DNA of 49,482 nucleotides, from assembly GCA_964611695.1 (NCBI GenBank), contig CAZTAR010000001.1, positions 1 to 49,482 on the forward strand. Direction: 5' to 3'. The translations under genes were made by a program, and so were the position numbers. The stretch is from an uncultured Planctomycetaceae bacterium (lineage in GTDB: Bacteria > Planctomycetota > Phycisphaerae > UBA1845 > UTPLA1). The notes below the pieces were generated by a model, which saw only the letters and a list, made by a program, of their open reading frames with translations, had not been told where the DNA came from and searched no databases. Of this stretch, positions 1-9,805 are shown piece by piece; position 1 is the stretch's first letter, and each line of letters begins with the position of its first letter.

Positions 1-236
1 CGAGCGTTGTCCTTCTCGATGATGTATTCGAGGGCTTTCTGCATGCAGTAGATCGCCAAGGGGATCTCATTGCGCCCGAAACTTCCGGATGATTTCCAAT
101 TCCCCTCGCTGTCCCGGTACCTTCTTTCCACCGTAGCTTTCAGCATGGTCATTTTCTTGCCATTGACCGTGGCCTCGTTGGGCCATACTGCTGAACTCAC
201 CTGTCCTGCCTTCACCTTATGTATTGGCTGTGCCAT
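1..236 (-). CDS. Small conserved protein, N-terminal part (runs off left edge); paralog of 17791..18075
   Basis: Not in the ORF track because no stop lies in the window. Reverse-strand ATG at 236-234 with GAGG upstream. It translates to MAQPIHKVKAGQVSSAVWPNEATVNGKKMTMLKATVERRYRDSEGNWKSSGSFGRNEIPLAIYCMQKALEYIIEKDNA. This aligns motif for motif with the 17791..18075 product (S-AVW; RY-D--GEW--S; IP/LP; KA-EY). Confidence 0.5.
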   Translation of the reverse strand, partial: MAQPIHKVKAGQVSSAVWPNEATVNGKKMTMLKATVERRYRDSEGNWKSSGSFGRNEIPLAIYCMQKALEYIIEKDNA

Positions 237-416
237 GTTGTTTACCTCGAGAACCATCATCTATCGTGACGGCCCTCTTCCTCGGTCAGGGGGAAGAGGG
301 ACGGCGTTGGTCCAACACGGTTGGAGTGTCGCGCGCATCACCCTGGTCACCGCGGGACTCACTATCTGCGCTGCCCAGACCAACTCAACAGGATCTTCCG
401 GCACCGAGTAACTCGG

Positions 417-3400
417 CTAACCACCGCGTAGTTCAACTGCGAAGACTTGGGTATCGATGTAGCAGTCGGAGGAGAACATACTCTTTCCGATTTGGGAAAT
501 TTGCTCATTCTCCAGGTGTTCGGCAAGCAGGGGGACGGCGACAACAAACGCCAAGCGCAGCCAATCAGGAGGCGCCGAAGCGAACAACTCCAGGAACGAA
601 TACGCCACGTCCAACGCTTCCACCCGTTCCAGTCTCTGCTCAAGGCGCATCGCGGCAAGTAGAGCCTCCCGGGAGGCCTTAAACCGTTCCCGCTCACCCG
701 GGAGTTTCTGACACGCAGCCAGCAATCCCCTCACTTCTGCCAGCGTATCGACCTCGGCGCCCGCCGAGGACATTTCTCGGGCACACTGCACCAAGGCGTC
801 GGCTCGAACGTCGGCCAGTTCCAATTCGTCGATCATCTTGAGGGCTTGCATCGGATCGCGCTTCCACGTCTCCTTGGCGAATGCGGCCCCTATCGTAGCT
901 CGAGCCCAGAACTCTGGAGTTATCCGACGGATGTCCCCTGTCTCCGTGGCGCCGATTCCAGCAAGTGCTGTGCCCAGTGCCTCGGATATCTCGCTGCGGA
1001 ACATCCAATCATCATGGTTATCCATGATCCGCTGAACCGCCTTAACCACGTCTTGAATCGTCCCCGGGGACTCGGCTGCCATTCGAGCCAGCAACTGGCA
1101 CACCCGTTTGCCGATAGCGTCTTTCGTCCCGATGCGTTCCACGTGCGCGAAGACCCATGCGGGATCGTCCACGACAAGTTCATCAAAGAGGCCGAAGTCG
1201 TGGCCTTCGTCATCGTGGGCTGCGGTCGCCTCAACGAACCTCAGCGCACCCTCCCGGTCGACCCTCGCGAGAATGCGGACGAACATCTCCAACTCAAAGC
1301 ACTCATCCACCTTGAACAGGTCACTCTCGTTCTCCAGCTGGGTCACATCAGCCGCGCTGGCCAGCCGACATATGAGCTCGACGATCTCCGGTGTTGCGTG
1401 ACAGTCCTCCAGACCGACCTTCCAAAGACAACCAGCGAGTAGGTAGAGGTAGCGGACGGCCTCCGTTTCTCCTGCGGTGTTGTCTTCATCCCCACCGCCC
1501 AGCTGTGACGGTCGCCGACCGGCGCAATCCGTTGACTTCCACGGGGCACTTCGCAGGGTGTTGAGCAAGTGTTTGATGAGGGCCTGACGTCGTCGTCGCA
1601 GCTTCCGGAGCCGGGAGTGCGCATTGGGATCGGCCCCCATGGCCCTCAATCCATCCAAGTCCTCCACGATGCTGCGACAGGACTTGACGACAACGCGCGT
1701 GAGGCGCTTGCCGGGCGTCGAACGATTCACATCGTACTCAAGCTCGGCCAGACACAGCAAGACCTCCTGTATTGGCCGCCGCAACCTGGCCGAAATCTCC
1801 GGCGGGCATCCTCTGAGAAAGGCCATCTTCCCCAAGACGTATCCTATCCGCGTTAGCGATTGGAATAGCTCTTTGGGCAATTCACCGGCCTCTACATACG
1901 CAATCAACTCGCCCAGGCCTCGGCTCATCCACTGAAGGCAATCATCGAGATAATCGGGAAGGAACAACTCAGAGGCAACAAAAACACGCAGGATCGGCAA
2001 GAACCGTTTGAAATCGTCATCTTCCTCGCCGGCCGACTCCGCGGTTGACTCCACCCAGGGGAGCAGCCACTGACCGAAGTGCAAGCGGACCCGGGGATCG
2101 GCGGCGCGGACTTCCTCCAGCATAGCCAGGGAATCAACAAAGAACTCATCGGGGCCTGGGTACGAGCGCCCCCAGGCAGACAAGAGTTGCTCGACGAGCT
2201 GCGGTATGTTCCCGGGATACTCTGCGCCGCGAAGCAGAAGTTGTTCGACACAATGATGTGCCGCCGACGCCTGCAAGGGAGCAGTGCCGCCCCCGAAAAC
2301 AGGAGGTAAGTCCTGAGATGGATCACCTTTCGTGAGGAGTTGGATGATCGCCTCCGCCTCTTCGGTGCCGCTATCCTCGGGAAGGCCCGCCAGACTCGAC
2401 AGAAGGCCCGCCAGCGCCGTTCCCGCATCATCGGCTTTCATCCCCTCACACGAACCGCTTTTTCTCAGCATGATCGTAGCCAGTGAGTCATCGTGGCCCG
2501 CCGGCGCCAGCACGCGCTGCAGGAGTCTGCAGATCTCCAGGCGGATCCCGTGCCGCGGAGCGGAGGGCAGGCGGCACAAAAGGGGGTAGGCATCGAGAAT
2601 CAACGAAAACAGCTCACTGGCCGTCGCACCCGGCGAAACCGGCTCGGGGATCTCGGCGGCAGGGAAAAGCGATACGCCCAGAGCATCCTCTACCATGCGG
2701 CCGAGCACAGCGGCCGCCCGTCCGGGAGCGGTTCTGGCTCGCATTTCGCCGGCGTCCTGGGCTTTCATAAACTTCTCGAGCCCGTCAGAGGACAATCGCC
2801 GGGCCATTATCGTGCGGCCCAGGGACCGGCCCGCTGTCGATTCCATCATATCGTATAGCCGGAAAAGTAGGTCGATGCTACCCGCCGAGACCTTGTTCAG
2901 CAGCCCAAGTAAGAGCTCGTCACGCCGCCCATTCAGTCCTGGGAGAACTTCGAGCCCGTCGGCCAGAATCGGCGCCGCCGCGTCGGTCGTTTCGACATCC
3001 CATTGCTTAATTCGCTCCTTGAGAAGATCGCGAAACTCATTATACACAAGCAGACGTAGTTCGGCGGACTCGTGCTCTGTCTCTTCCAGGTGTCGTCGAT
3101 AGCCATCCAAGGTATGGGGCAGAAGGGCAACGTGCTCCAGTGTGGAAATATGTTCAAGAAGCCGCATACAGGCTTCAGCCTTCCCCAACACAGTGCGTTT
3201 TGTCAGGATTCGGTCATAGGCGATATCCGGGGCAACACGGGCGATCTCCCCGATGTGTTCGTAATCCAGCGCTTCTCCCGGTGACTGTGCTGAACGGGAC
3301 CATTGCTCAACGATGCCCAGGAGGACGTGCCAGCGCCCTACGGAGGCGTGATCAACGGTTTCAACAGTTTCCAAAACCGTTTTCAGTTGTTCAGCCTGCT

Positions 3401-6400
3401 CAACCGCATCTGAGAGACGCGCGATTCGTTCGATCGTCCCGTCAGGATCCCTTCTTATGGATTCCTTGAAGTGCTCCTCGCGGGCTGATTCAAGACAGCG
3501 ATCTCTCTCGGAATCATCAAGAGTGTCAAAGGCATCAACGAGCTTCTCGGCACGGGTCAGGTTCCTTCTCGCAACTTGTGATATGTAATCTCCCAACAGT
3601 CCGCATTTGTCGAAGTCGTCCAGCCCGACCAAGAGAGAGGTCACATGGTTCACAGTGATATCTGGAACCGACTCCAGAATCTCCGTCGCGACCATTCGCC
3701 GTTCGAAGGAATCCTCGATCTCCTGGATGATCTTGACGCCGGCATCGAACGACAGCCGTGCTGCCAGCTGAGCCCAAGTGCCCAGTGAATAATCAGGAGA
3801 ATCCTCCTCCAGCCCGCGCCCCTGAGCCCCAACGGCCTCGGCGATGATGGCCAACAGTTCATCTTTGTGTTCTCTGCCAAGTCGCCGGATGGCCGCCCCG
3901 AGCGCCTCTTCGCGCGACCCAGGGTTAGGCAGGGCCCTGATGGCCGCGATCGCCTCTTCCGCCGATATCTCCGGTGCCAACGAGATGTAATGGGAGAGCA
4001 GGCGACCTTGAGCCTCGGGAGTCGGCAGATGCCGGAGCAATGGGAGCGGCGAGGGAATCGCCACAGCCCATTCGGCGGCGGGGGATTCCATGAGATCGGC
4101 ATAGACCGCAGCCATCAGCGTCGCCTTCTCCACCCCTTCCGGCAGCGCGGCGATGGCGGCGATCGTCTCCTCCTTGCTCGCGCGCAACGAGACGCTTATC
4201 AGCGGTTTGACGATCCGCTCGGCGCCGTGGTGAAGTGAAAACCACTCCGCGATCGCTCTTCCAGGAGAGGATTTTGCCAAGTGGACAACATGGAAGAGTG
4301 CCGCATTCGTTGGCAAGCCGGCCGACTCAGGTCCGGTCTTTTGCTCCAGGAGCCATGACCAGACGCGGGCCTGCTCATCGGCGTGTGGGATGGCGGCACT
4401 CATGGCCAACCGCTCGAGAAAGTCCTGGAGGGCACTCTCGCGATCCTCTTCTGGAATCGCCGTGAGCATGTCCGGCAGCGGGCGCAGAAGGTCTAACGCG
4501 GCACGGCGATGACCCTGCGAGAGCAGCGCGAGAACCACCTCCGTGACCGACGACAGATCCTCATGCAGATCACCTAAGGCCTGCAGGAGGACGCATGCTG
4601 CGCGGGTGTCCTGCCTGGCCGCGCGCGGTACGACGTAGAGGCGGATGAACCTCTTCGTGCGACGGCCCAGCGATTCCCCGCGTGCGGCACACGAGTTCGT
4701 CAGGACCTTGATGTCAATTGGTTCACCCTCAACGAAGCTCAATGCCGAGACCATAACACCGAGGTTCTTGACCGCATCTGACTCCCGGTTCGCACATCGT
4801 TCCCACTCCCTGCGGGCGATCTCCAAGCCTTGCCTGGGGGAGGTTTCTGCGACCCGAACTGCGCAAATATGCATGGCCAGCGTTCGGCCCGCGTGTTCCT
4901 CCAGCAAGTCAAGGCTGCTTGACAATTGCTCCCAGAAGGCCTGTGGGGGGGCGAATGGATGCAGTCGAGTACATACCTCGCAGATCCGTACTGCCGTTTT
5001 CTCGGAGGCTTGCAAGTGGGCGAGGCGGTCGATGAGGGCGATGCCGACGCCAGGATCGCGCGGCCCCACATGCTCCGCGAAGGCCGCGCCGGCCATGAAG
5101 CGCGAGTCCTTTTGCGGAATCCCCTCCACCACATGCCGGGCGAGATCCACGTCCACGTCGGCCAGAGCGCACGCCACTGCCCCTTCATCGTGCCCGGTCG
5201 AGATGTAACCCGGTCTATTCGGCGCCAGGATCGCTGCGATTTCGCCGAAGGCCGCGAGGCGGTACTCCGCCGGGATATCCTGCAGCGATTTAGCCAAGGT
5301 CGAAGTCAGAGAGGCAATCTGCGACAGCGCGGTTTCGGACGGAGTCTCCTCTCGTCTCCCGGCCATTAAGTCTTGAACATCCTGAAGAATCGCCAGATGC
5401 CCTGACAGTAGCCCGAAAGCGGTTTTGAGGTTACTGTCACCAGCCCGCTCGGACCGCTCCTCATCATCGGAAACGCGCACTGTTTCTTGACACTGGTTGA
5501 GGTGCTCCATCGCGCGCCGCAGTAGAACGCGACCTTGTTCAGGGGCGCCGAGGCGATACCAGTTCGTCGCGAGCTTGATACCGCATTGTGTGGCCTGAAA
5601 CGAGTCCATGTTCTCGCTTGCCACGCGCTCAAGGTCCTGCAGTAATCGCCGACCGGCTGCAGGGGGCAAGGTTGTGGCGAGCTTGTTCAACGTCGTGAGC
5701 AGGCTGCGCACACGCTCGTGTCGCCCATCTGCATCTTCGACGTGCGATATTCTCTGCAGAACACCAGTCGTAAGCCGCGATATGATCTGTTCAATCTCCT
5801 GCTCATTCGAGCATAGCCGAATCGCCTCGCCAACGGCGCGGGCCTCGACCACGCCGATCTCACCGTCGGCTACCGAGCCGACTCCATCGCCCTGATAAGG
5901 CGCAGCCGCATTGTTTACTCTGACAGGTTCGGGATCGAGCAGGGCCTTAATGCAATCCGAAAACCGCTCGTCCGGACAGGCTGCCAGCCAGGCTTCAATG
6001 GCATGGAGGGCCCGCAAAAGCGACTCTTCTCTTGGATCCTCCCAATGAAGCTCAAGCAAGAGTGCAATTACAGTCTTCCATTGTGCTTCCGTCGCCTCCA
6101 GGCGCTCAGCAAGCTCAACCAAGCGCTCGAGACGCTGCCTTCGTTCAATGCTCGGCTCAGTTCCGCGTCCGATGGCGGCAATCGCGAGCAATGCATCTCC
6201 TCCCTCGCCCGCAAAGTATTCTCCGGCGGCACGAACTACCTGACGGGACAGCTGCTCCGCTGTATCCAAGTTCAACGGGGCGACTTGCTGCACAAGCAGC
6301 ACGTAGGCCACCACATGCTGGAACTCATCGGCTATGGAATCGGCCAGATCTGCGCATCGTTGGATCAGCTCTGCGGCACAGCTCTCGCTCACAAGACGGA

Positions 6401-7031
6401 CGGCGTACAGGGCGCGGTGAATGTGGTGGGCTCGCTGACCTTCGTTATCCATCCTCGATACGCAATCCAGAAGAGCGTCGGCGATCTCGCGTAGCGCGTC
6501 TTCATGGTCGCTGGAGACGTGGTGAAGGAGCATCGCCAGGATATCGAATGCCTCCCTCGGACTCCGACCGTAGACCGCGTTCGCAATGGCTTCGGAATAC
6601 AGCCCGCGATGCCCCAGGAGAACGACGAGCCCGACCTCGGCCCGGCGCACGCCCTTTTGCCACAACCTCGCACGAAGCCCCAGGCTCATCCCATACCGTT
6701 CGAGGTCGCCGCGGGCCCTGGCCGCCGTGCTGAGCAGGCGGACGTCTTCGAGCACCGGGAACACGGAGCGCAGGTGGACCGCCTTGGCCTGTAGGAATCG
6801 GCCTTCTACCAAGCGGCATAGTCTTTCGTAGTTGGCGACATCCTCGCGGCCCTCGAATAGGTAGGCGGAGAAGTGGTGGAGGGCCTCAGGGTCCCGGTGA
6901 GTTTCCCATTGTTGGTAGCATGCGATCAAGCCGCCGAGATAACTCCGACCGCTCCCATCTCGGCTGTCTTTTCGAAGGACGTGTGAAAAGTAACTCGCGT
7001 CCGCCGGTGGCGAATCGACTGTGGTGGTCAT
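417..7031 (-). CDS. Giant (2204 aa) all-alpha, Ala/Leu/Glu/Arg-rich solenoid-like protein; no enzymatic motif recognised
   Basis: Uninterrupted 6.6-kb ORF. Its ATG (7031-7029) overlaps the TGA of the upstream NTPase gene (ATGA). Composition is typical of HEAT/ARM/TPR-like helical repeats. No P-loop, signal peptide or TM segment seen. Confidence 0.85.
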   Translation of the reverse strand: MTTTVDSPPADASYFSHVLRKDSRDGSGRSYLGGLIACYQQWETHRDPEALHHFSAYLFEGREDVANYERLCRLVEGRFLQAKAVHLRSVFPVLEDVRLLSTAARARGDLERYGMSLGLRARLWQKGVRRAEVGLVVLLGHRGLYSEAIANAVYGRSPREAFDILAMLLHHVSSDHEDALREIADALLDCVSRMDNEGQRAHHIHRALYAVRLVSESCAAELIQRCADLADSIADEFQHVVAYVLLVQQVAPLNLDTAEQLSRQVVRAAGEYFAGEGGDALLAIAAIGRGTEPSIERRQRLERLVELAERLEATEAQWKTVIALLLELHWEDPREESLLRALHAIEAWLAACPDERFSDCIKALLDPEPVRVNNAAAPYQGDGVGSVADGEIGVVEARAVGEAIRLCSNEQEIEQIISRLTTGVLQRISHVEDADGRHERVRSLLTTLNKLATTLPPAAGRRLLQDLERVASENMDSFQATQCGIKLATNWYRLGAPEQGRVLLRRAMEHLNQCQETVRVSDDEERSERAGDSNLKTAFGLLSGHLAILQDVQDLMAGRREETPSETALSQIASLTSTLAKSLQDIPAEYRLAAFGEIAAILAPNRPGYISTGHDEGAVACALADVDVDLARHVVEGIPQKDSRFMAGAAFAEHVGPRDPGVGIALIDRLAHLQASEKTAVRICEVCTRLHPFAPPQAFWEQLSSSLDLLEEHAGRTLAMHICAVRVAETSPRQGLEIARREWERCANRESDAVKNLGVMVSALSFVEGEPIDIKVLTNSCAARGESLGRRTKRFIRLYVVPRAARQDTRAACVLLQALGDLHEDLSSVTEVVLALLSQGHRRAALDLLRPLPDMLTAIPEEDRESALQDFLERLAMSAAIPHADEQARVWSWLLEQKTGPESAGLPTNAALFHVVHLAKSSPGRAIAEWFSLHHGAERIVKPLISVSLRASKEETIAAIAALPEGVEKATLMAAVYADLMESPAAEWAVAIPSPLPLLRHLPTPEAQGRLLSHYISLAPEISAEEAIAAIRALPNPGSREEALGAAIRRLGREHKDELLAIIAEAVGAQGRGLEEDSPDYSLGTWAQLAARLSFDAGVKIIQEIEDSFERRMVATEILESVPDITVNHVTSLLVGLDDFDKCGLLGDYISQVARRNLTRAEKLVDAFDTLDDSERDRCLESAREEHFKESIRRDPDGTIERIARLSDAVEQAEQLKTVLETVETVDHASVGRWHVLLGIVEQWSRSAQSPGEALDYEHIGEIARVAPDIAYDRILTKRTVLGKAEACMRLLEHISTLEHVALLPHTLDGYRRHLEETEHESAELRLLVYNEFRDLLKERIKQWDVETTDAAAPILADGLEVLPGLNGRRDELLLGLLNKVSAGSIDLLFRLYDMMESTAGRSLGRTIMARRLSSDGLEKFMKAQDAGEMRARTAPGRAAAVLGRMVEDALGVSLFPAAEIPEPVSPGATASELFSLILDAYPLLCRLPSAPRHGIRLEICRLLQRVLAPAGHDDSLATIMLRKSGSCEGMKADDAGTALAGLLSSLAGLPEDSGTEEAEAIIQLLTKGDPSQDLPPVFGGGTAPLQASAAHHCVEQLLLRGAEYPGNIPQLVEQLLSAWGRSYPGPDEFFVDSLAMLEEVRAADPRVRLHFGQWLLPWVESTAESAGEEDDDFKRFLPILRVFVASELFLPDYLDDCLQWMSRGLGELIAYVEAGELPKELFQSLTRIGYVLGKMAFLRGCPPEISARLRRPIQEVLLCLAELEYDVNRSTPGKRLTRVVVKSCRSIVEDLDGLRAMGADPNAHSRLRKLRRRRQALIKHLLNTLRSAPWKSTDCAGRRPSQLGGGDEDNTAGETEAVRYLYLLAGCLWKVGLEDCHATPEIVELICRLASAADVTQLENESDLFKVDECFELEMFVRILARVDREGALRFVEATAAHDDEGHDFGLFDELVVDDPAWVFAHVERIGTKDAIGKRVCQLLARMAAESPGTIQDVVKAVQRIMDNHDDWMFRSEISEALGTALAGIGATETGDIRRITPEFWARATIGAAFAKETWKRDPMQALKMIDELELADVRADALVQCAREMSSAGAEVDTLAEVRGLLAACQKLPGERERFKASREALLAAMRLEQRLERVEALDVAYSFLELFASAPPDWLRLAFVVAVPLLAEHLENEQISQIGKSMFSSDCYIDTQVFAVELRGG

Positions 7032-8740
7032 GAACTTAACCCGGCCTTGTCGAGGAAATACTGCCGGAACCGCTCGTGGCAGAAGGTGAATTCCCCGCGA
7101 TGCTCCAACAGGAAGCGACGTATTCCCTGAATAGTCGCCTCAAAGTTAAGGTGATCAAGCCCCTCTACGCAAGAGATCAATGTTGCCCGACTGATGGGCC
7201 CCTTGGCAGTCAGGATGTAACCGAGGACATCACGCTGTTGCTGCCGTTGCGCGCAGCGACTCAAGATCTCGAACTGGGAATCGAGATAGTCGTAGAGGCC
7301 CTTGGGCGTCTCACCGATGTTCTCCGGGCCTATTCTCCCGGCGCGGATGTCCTCGGCCAGGAATCGCAAATAGAATGGATCTCCATCGGTCGTGGCGAGC
7401 AAGGCTCCCACAAACCGTTCGTTCGCCGACCATTCTACGGCATCCCCGCCCGCCTTCCTCAGCAAGGCGGCGACGCCCCCGGAATCGAAGCGATCCAGGG
7501 TGATGGTCAGGGCGATGTCCGAGGCAGTCAAACCGACGTGGCGAACGAAACTGCGATCGCCGATGGTGCGGGCCGAGAACACGACGAATGTGCGCGCCCC
7601 CAGATCATGAGGGAAGAGGCCCTTAAGGAAATTGCGAGTGGGATCAATCTCGTCCACCGCGTCGATGATGACAATCCGGCATGTCTCCGGTGGAAGGGGC
7701 TCTGCCAGCAAGACGAGGTAGGCTGCACGGGGATCGGCTTCTGGGATTCTTTTCTTGGAGGCGGACTTGCGCAGAATCTGCCCGCAGAGATTGCGCAGGA
7801 AGCAGGTCTCGCGGTTCGGATCGAAAAGGACTGTTGTGCCAGAAAGAGACTGGTTGAAGAAGTGGTATGCTGCATGCGGATAGCGTTCGGTCAGTTGGGC
7901 CAATAGCGCAGTCTTGCCGAATCCGGAGGGGCCTTCGACAAAGACATAGGCACCGTCGGAGCTCGAGAGACGGTCATTGATTGTGGTGAGTTCCCCCACT
8001 CGCCCGGCGAATGCCGCAGAGTGGTAGGCGATCGAATCTGCGAAGTGGATCTCCGTCTCGGCTGTAGATGCCCAATCGTCTCGCGGGAGTGGCGGCCGCG
8101 ACTCCTCTCTGTCGCTTGGCTGCCCTTTCTTGGCTGCGGACTGGTTCGAGTCAAACGTAACCGAGTCTGCTCCAGCCGACGCAGAATGACCCATCGGCTT
8201 CCCGCACTGCAACTCTATCTCAGAAGCCATGTTTTCGAGTTCATCGGCACTCTCCACCGGCGCGCGATCGAGCACAATTTGGATCGCCTCGGGAGGGAGA
8301 GCATCCACGTCCACGCACAGCACAACAGGCTCGCCGGGGAGCGTCTTGAAATCGGGGTTGCTGCGGTTGATCAAGAACACGATATTCGATCGGTCGTTGG
8401 CGTCCGTCCCGAACATACCGCCCAACCAGGACGTTGACTTGCTTATCGCGTAGTTCAGCGAGGCGGCCGGACTCCCGTGCCAGCCTTCAACAACAGGAAT
8501 CTTGTCTTCACGCTCATCAGGACAGCGGCGTCCCCACGCCGCTGAGCGAAGCAGAAGAACGGCAAGGGCCTTCACAGCAGAAGTCCACTTGAAAGACCCA
8601 GCCGCATCGGAGCTCGCCCCCACATCATCCCCCCGCACGGCTCGTAGCTGGCGGTCTTTGCCAAGTACGGGGTGCTCAAATGTTGTCTCCACAAGCTGCG
8701 GTGAGGGATTGCTTGTGAACGAGAGCACGAGTCTTTTCAT
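7028..8740 (-). CDS. STAND (NACHT/AAA_16-like) P-loop NTPase with an unknown ~260-aa N-terminal domain and no C-terminal repeat sensor
   Basis: Walker A is VFVEGPSGFGKTALLAQL and Walker B is RIVIIDAVDEID. FVVFSAR, GDPFYLRFLAED (a GxP-like STAND motif) and a terminal winged-helix-like LGYILTAKGPISRATL...FCHERFRQYFL follow. I prefer the start at 8740 (MKRLVLSF), which has GGAGG 7-8 nt upstream, over the track start at 8773. Confidence 0.85.
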   Translation of the reverse strand: MKRLVLSFTSNPSPQLVETTFEHPVLGKDRQLRAVRGDDVGASSDAAGSFKWTSAVKALAVLLLRSAAWGRRCPDEREDKIPVVEGWHGSPAASLNYAISKSTSWLGGMFGTDANDRSNIVFLINRSNPDFKTLPGEPVVLCVDVDALPPEAIQIVLDRAPVESADELENMASEIELQCGKPMGHSASAGADSVTFDSNQSAAKKGQPSDREESRPPLPRDDWASTAETEIHFADSIAYHSAAFAGRVGELTTINDRLSSSDGAYVFVEGPSGFGKTALLAQLTERYPHAAYHFFNQSLSGTTVLFDPNRETCFLRNLCGQILRKSASKKRIPEADPRAAYLVLLAEPLPPETCRIVIIDAVDEIDPTRNFLKGLFPHDLGARTFVVFSARTIGDRSFVRHVGLTASDIALTITLDRFDSGGVAALLRKAGGDAVEWSANERFVGALLATTDGDPFYLRFLAEDIRAGRIGPENIGETPKGLYDYLDSQFEILSRCAQRQQQRDVLGYILTAKGPISRATLISCVEGLDHLNFEATIQGIRRFLLEHRGEFTFCHERFRQYFLDKAGLSS

Positions 8741-8979
8741 CTTCGGCCTCCAGCCTGACGCCCTTCCAGACACGCGGGGGCTACCTCAACCCGGCTTCTG
8801 AATCCACTTCTGAATCTGAAACCACTTCGGCATCGCTCGGCGACTCATGTCTGGGTGGTTCCTGCTTTACTTGCCGCTAGCGGTTCAGAAACGCCGGTGC
8901 GCAAGACAGCATCAAGGAGTGTCTTGACCATGATCGCCGATGAAATGGCCCAGGCTAGACGAACAAGAGGAACTCGACA

Positions 8980-9540
8980 ATGGGAACTTTGACAGAAGGC
9001 ATCCCTCCTGGAGGGGGCATGCGGTGCGTGAGATTGCAGACAAGGGAAACGGCGCTCCAGCCGACCGAACAGAGGGCACCTCACACGGCTGCGATTGCCG
9101 CCTCCGACTCGCCGGAGTCTGGCTCTGTTGGGGCGCGTAAGCCCATTCGCTGTGGTGGGCACCCAAGCTGGCAGGCCCTGCCATTTGAAGCAGACGAGAG
9201 TGGCGGCGTGAGCCGAGGCTTCGTGTTGACCCGCGCCGGCAAGGCGTACGGGGGCACGCTCACCTGCTGCGTGCACAACCGTCTAGCGCGGTTGGAGGTC
9301 AAAGTGGGGCACGCAAACCCCGTCTCGGAGCAGCAGCTGAACATCCTGCTCCGAATCCAAGAACGGTCCAAGCTGAGCCGAGCAAGGTGGGATCGTGAGG
9401 ACGGGATGGTCACGGTACAGGCCACGACGATCCTCTTTCATTCTGACGAGATCGAGTTCGTCATTGGCGAGCTTGCAGACGACATCAGACAGGCGCTTGA
9501 AGACGACCGTTGGCCGGGCGTGTTCGCTGAACCCCGATGA
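8980..9540 (+). CDS. Hypothetical protein; C-terminal half resembles the YbjN/T3SS-chaperone-like fold
   Basis: ORF with GAGGA about 9 nt upstream. The C-terminal segment LNILLRIQERSKLSRARWDREDGMVTVQATTILFHSDEIEFVIGELADDIRQAL looks like YbjN-family sequences. The N-terminal half is low complexity, so the start is uncertain. Confidence 0.4.
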   Translation: MGTLTEGIPPGGGMRCVRLQTRETALQPTEQRAPHTAAIAASDSPESGSVGARKPIRCGGHPSWQALPFEADESGGVSRGFVLTRAGKAYGGTLTCCVHNRLARLEVKVGHANPVSEQQLNILLRIQERSKLSRARWDREDGMVTVQATTILFHSDEIEFVIGELADDIRQALEDDRWPGVFAEPR

Positions 9541-9580
9541 TTGCCGGCACCGGATCCTATGAAGACAAGGAGATGAGTTC

Positions 9581-9805
9581 ATGGAACGCAATGAGAGCCA
9601 GCAGTTGAGCTTCGAGTTGAAGCATTGGGACGGCCATGCAATGAAGACCCAACCTGTCAGTGCCGAGGAGATTCGAGTCATTGACCGGAACATCGCGGAT
9701 TATTTCATCTCCTCGTGCCTTCGCGTTCTCTCTTTCCTAGTGGCATCCGGGGAGAGTCTCGAGCTTGCGGGCCGATGGCCAGGCATCGGCCGCGTCGGCT
9801 TCTAG
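9581..9805 (+). CDS. Small hypothetical protein (74 aa)
   Basis: AGGAG lies 8 nt upstream of the ATG, and third-position GC is moderately high. No recognisable domain. Confidence 0.3.
   Translation: MERNESQQLSFELKHWDGHAMKTQPVSAEEIRVIDRNIADYFISSCLRVLSFLVASGESLELAGRWPGIGRVGF

Noticed and set aside
276-303. Hairpin CCCTCTTCC-N10-GGAAGAGGG between the giant gene and the left-edge small gene; considered as a terminator
   Set aside because: No U-tract on the minus (sense) strand. It may be a processing or attenuation structure, but this cannot be supported from sequence alone.
7076-7906. 276-aa plus-strand ORF antisense to the STAND NTPase. The same applies to 15095..15742 (antisense to Hsp70), 20064..21152 (antisense to the integrase) and 22096..22890 (antisense to the methyltransferase).
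   Set aside because: In each case the opposite strand carries clear family motifs. These are antisense shadow ORFs.
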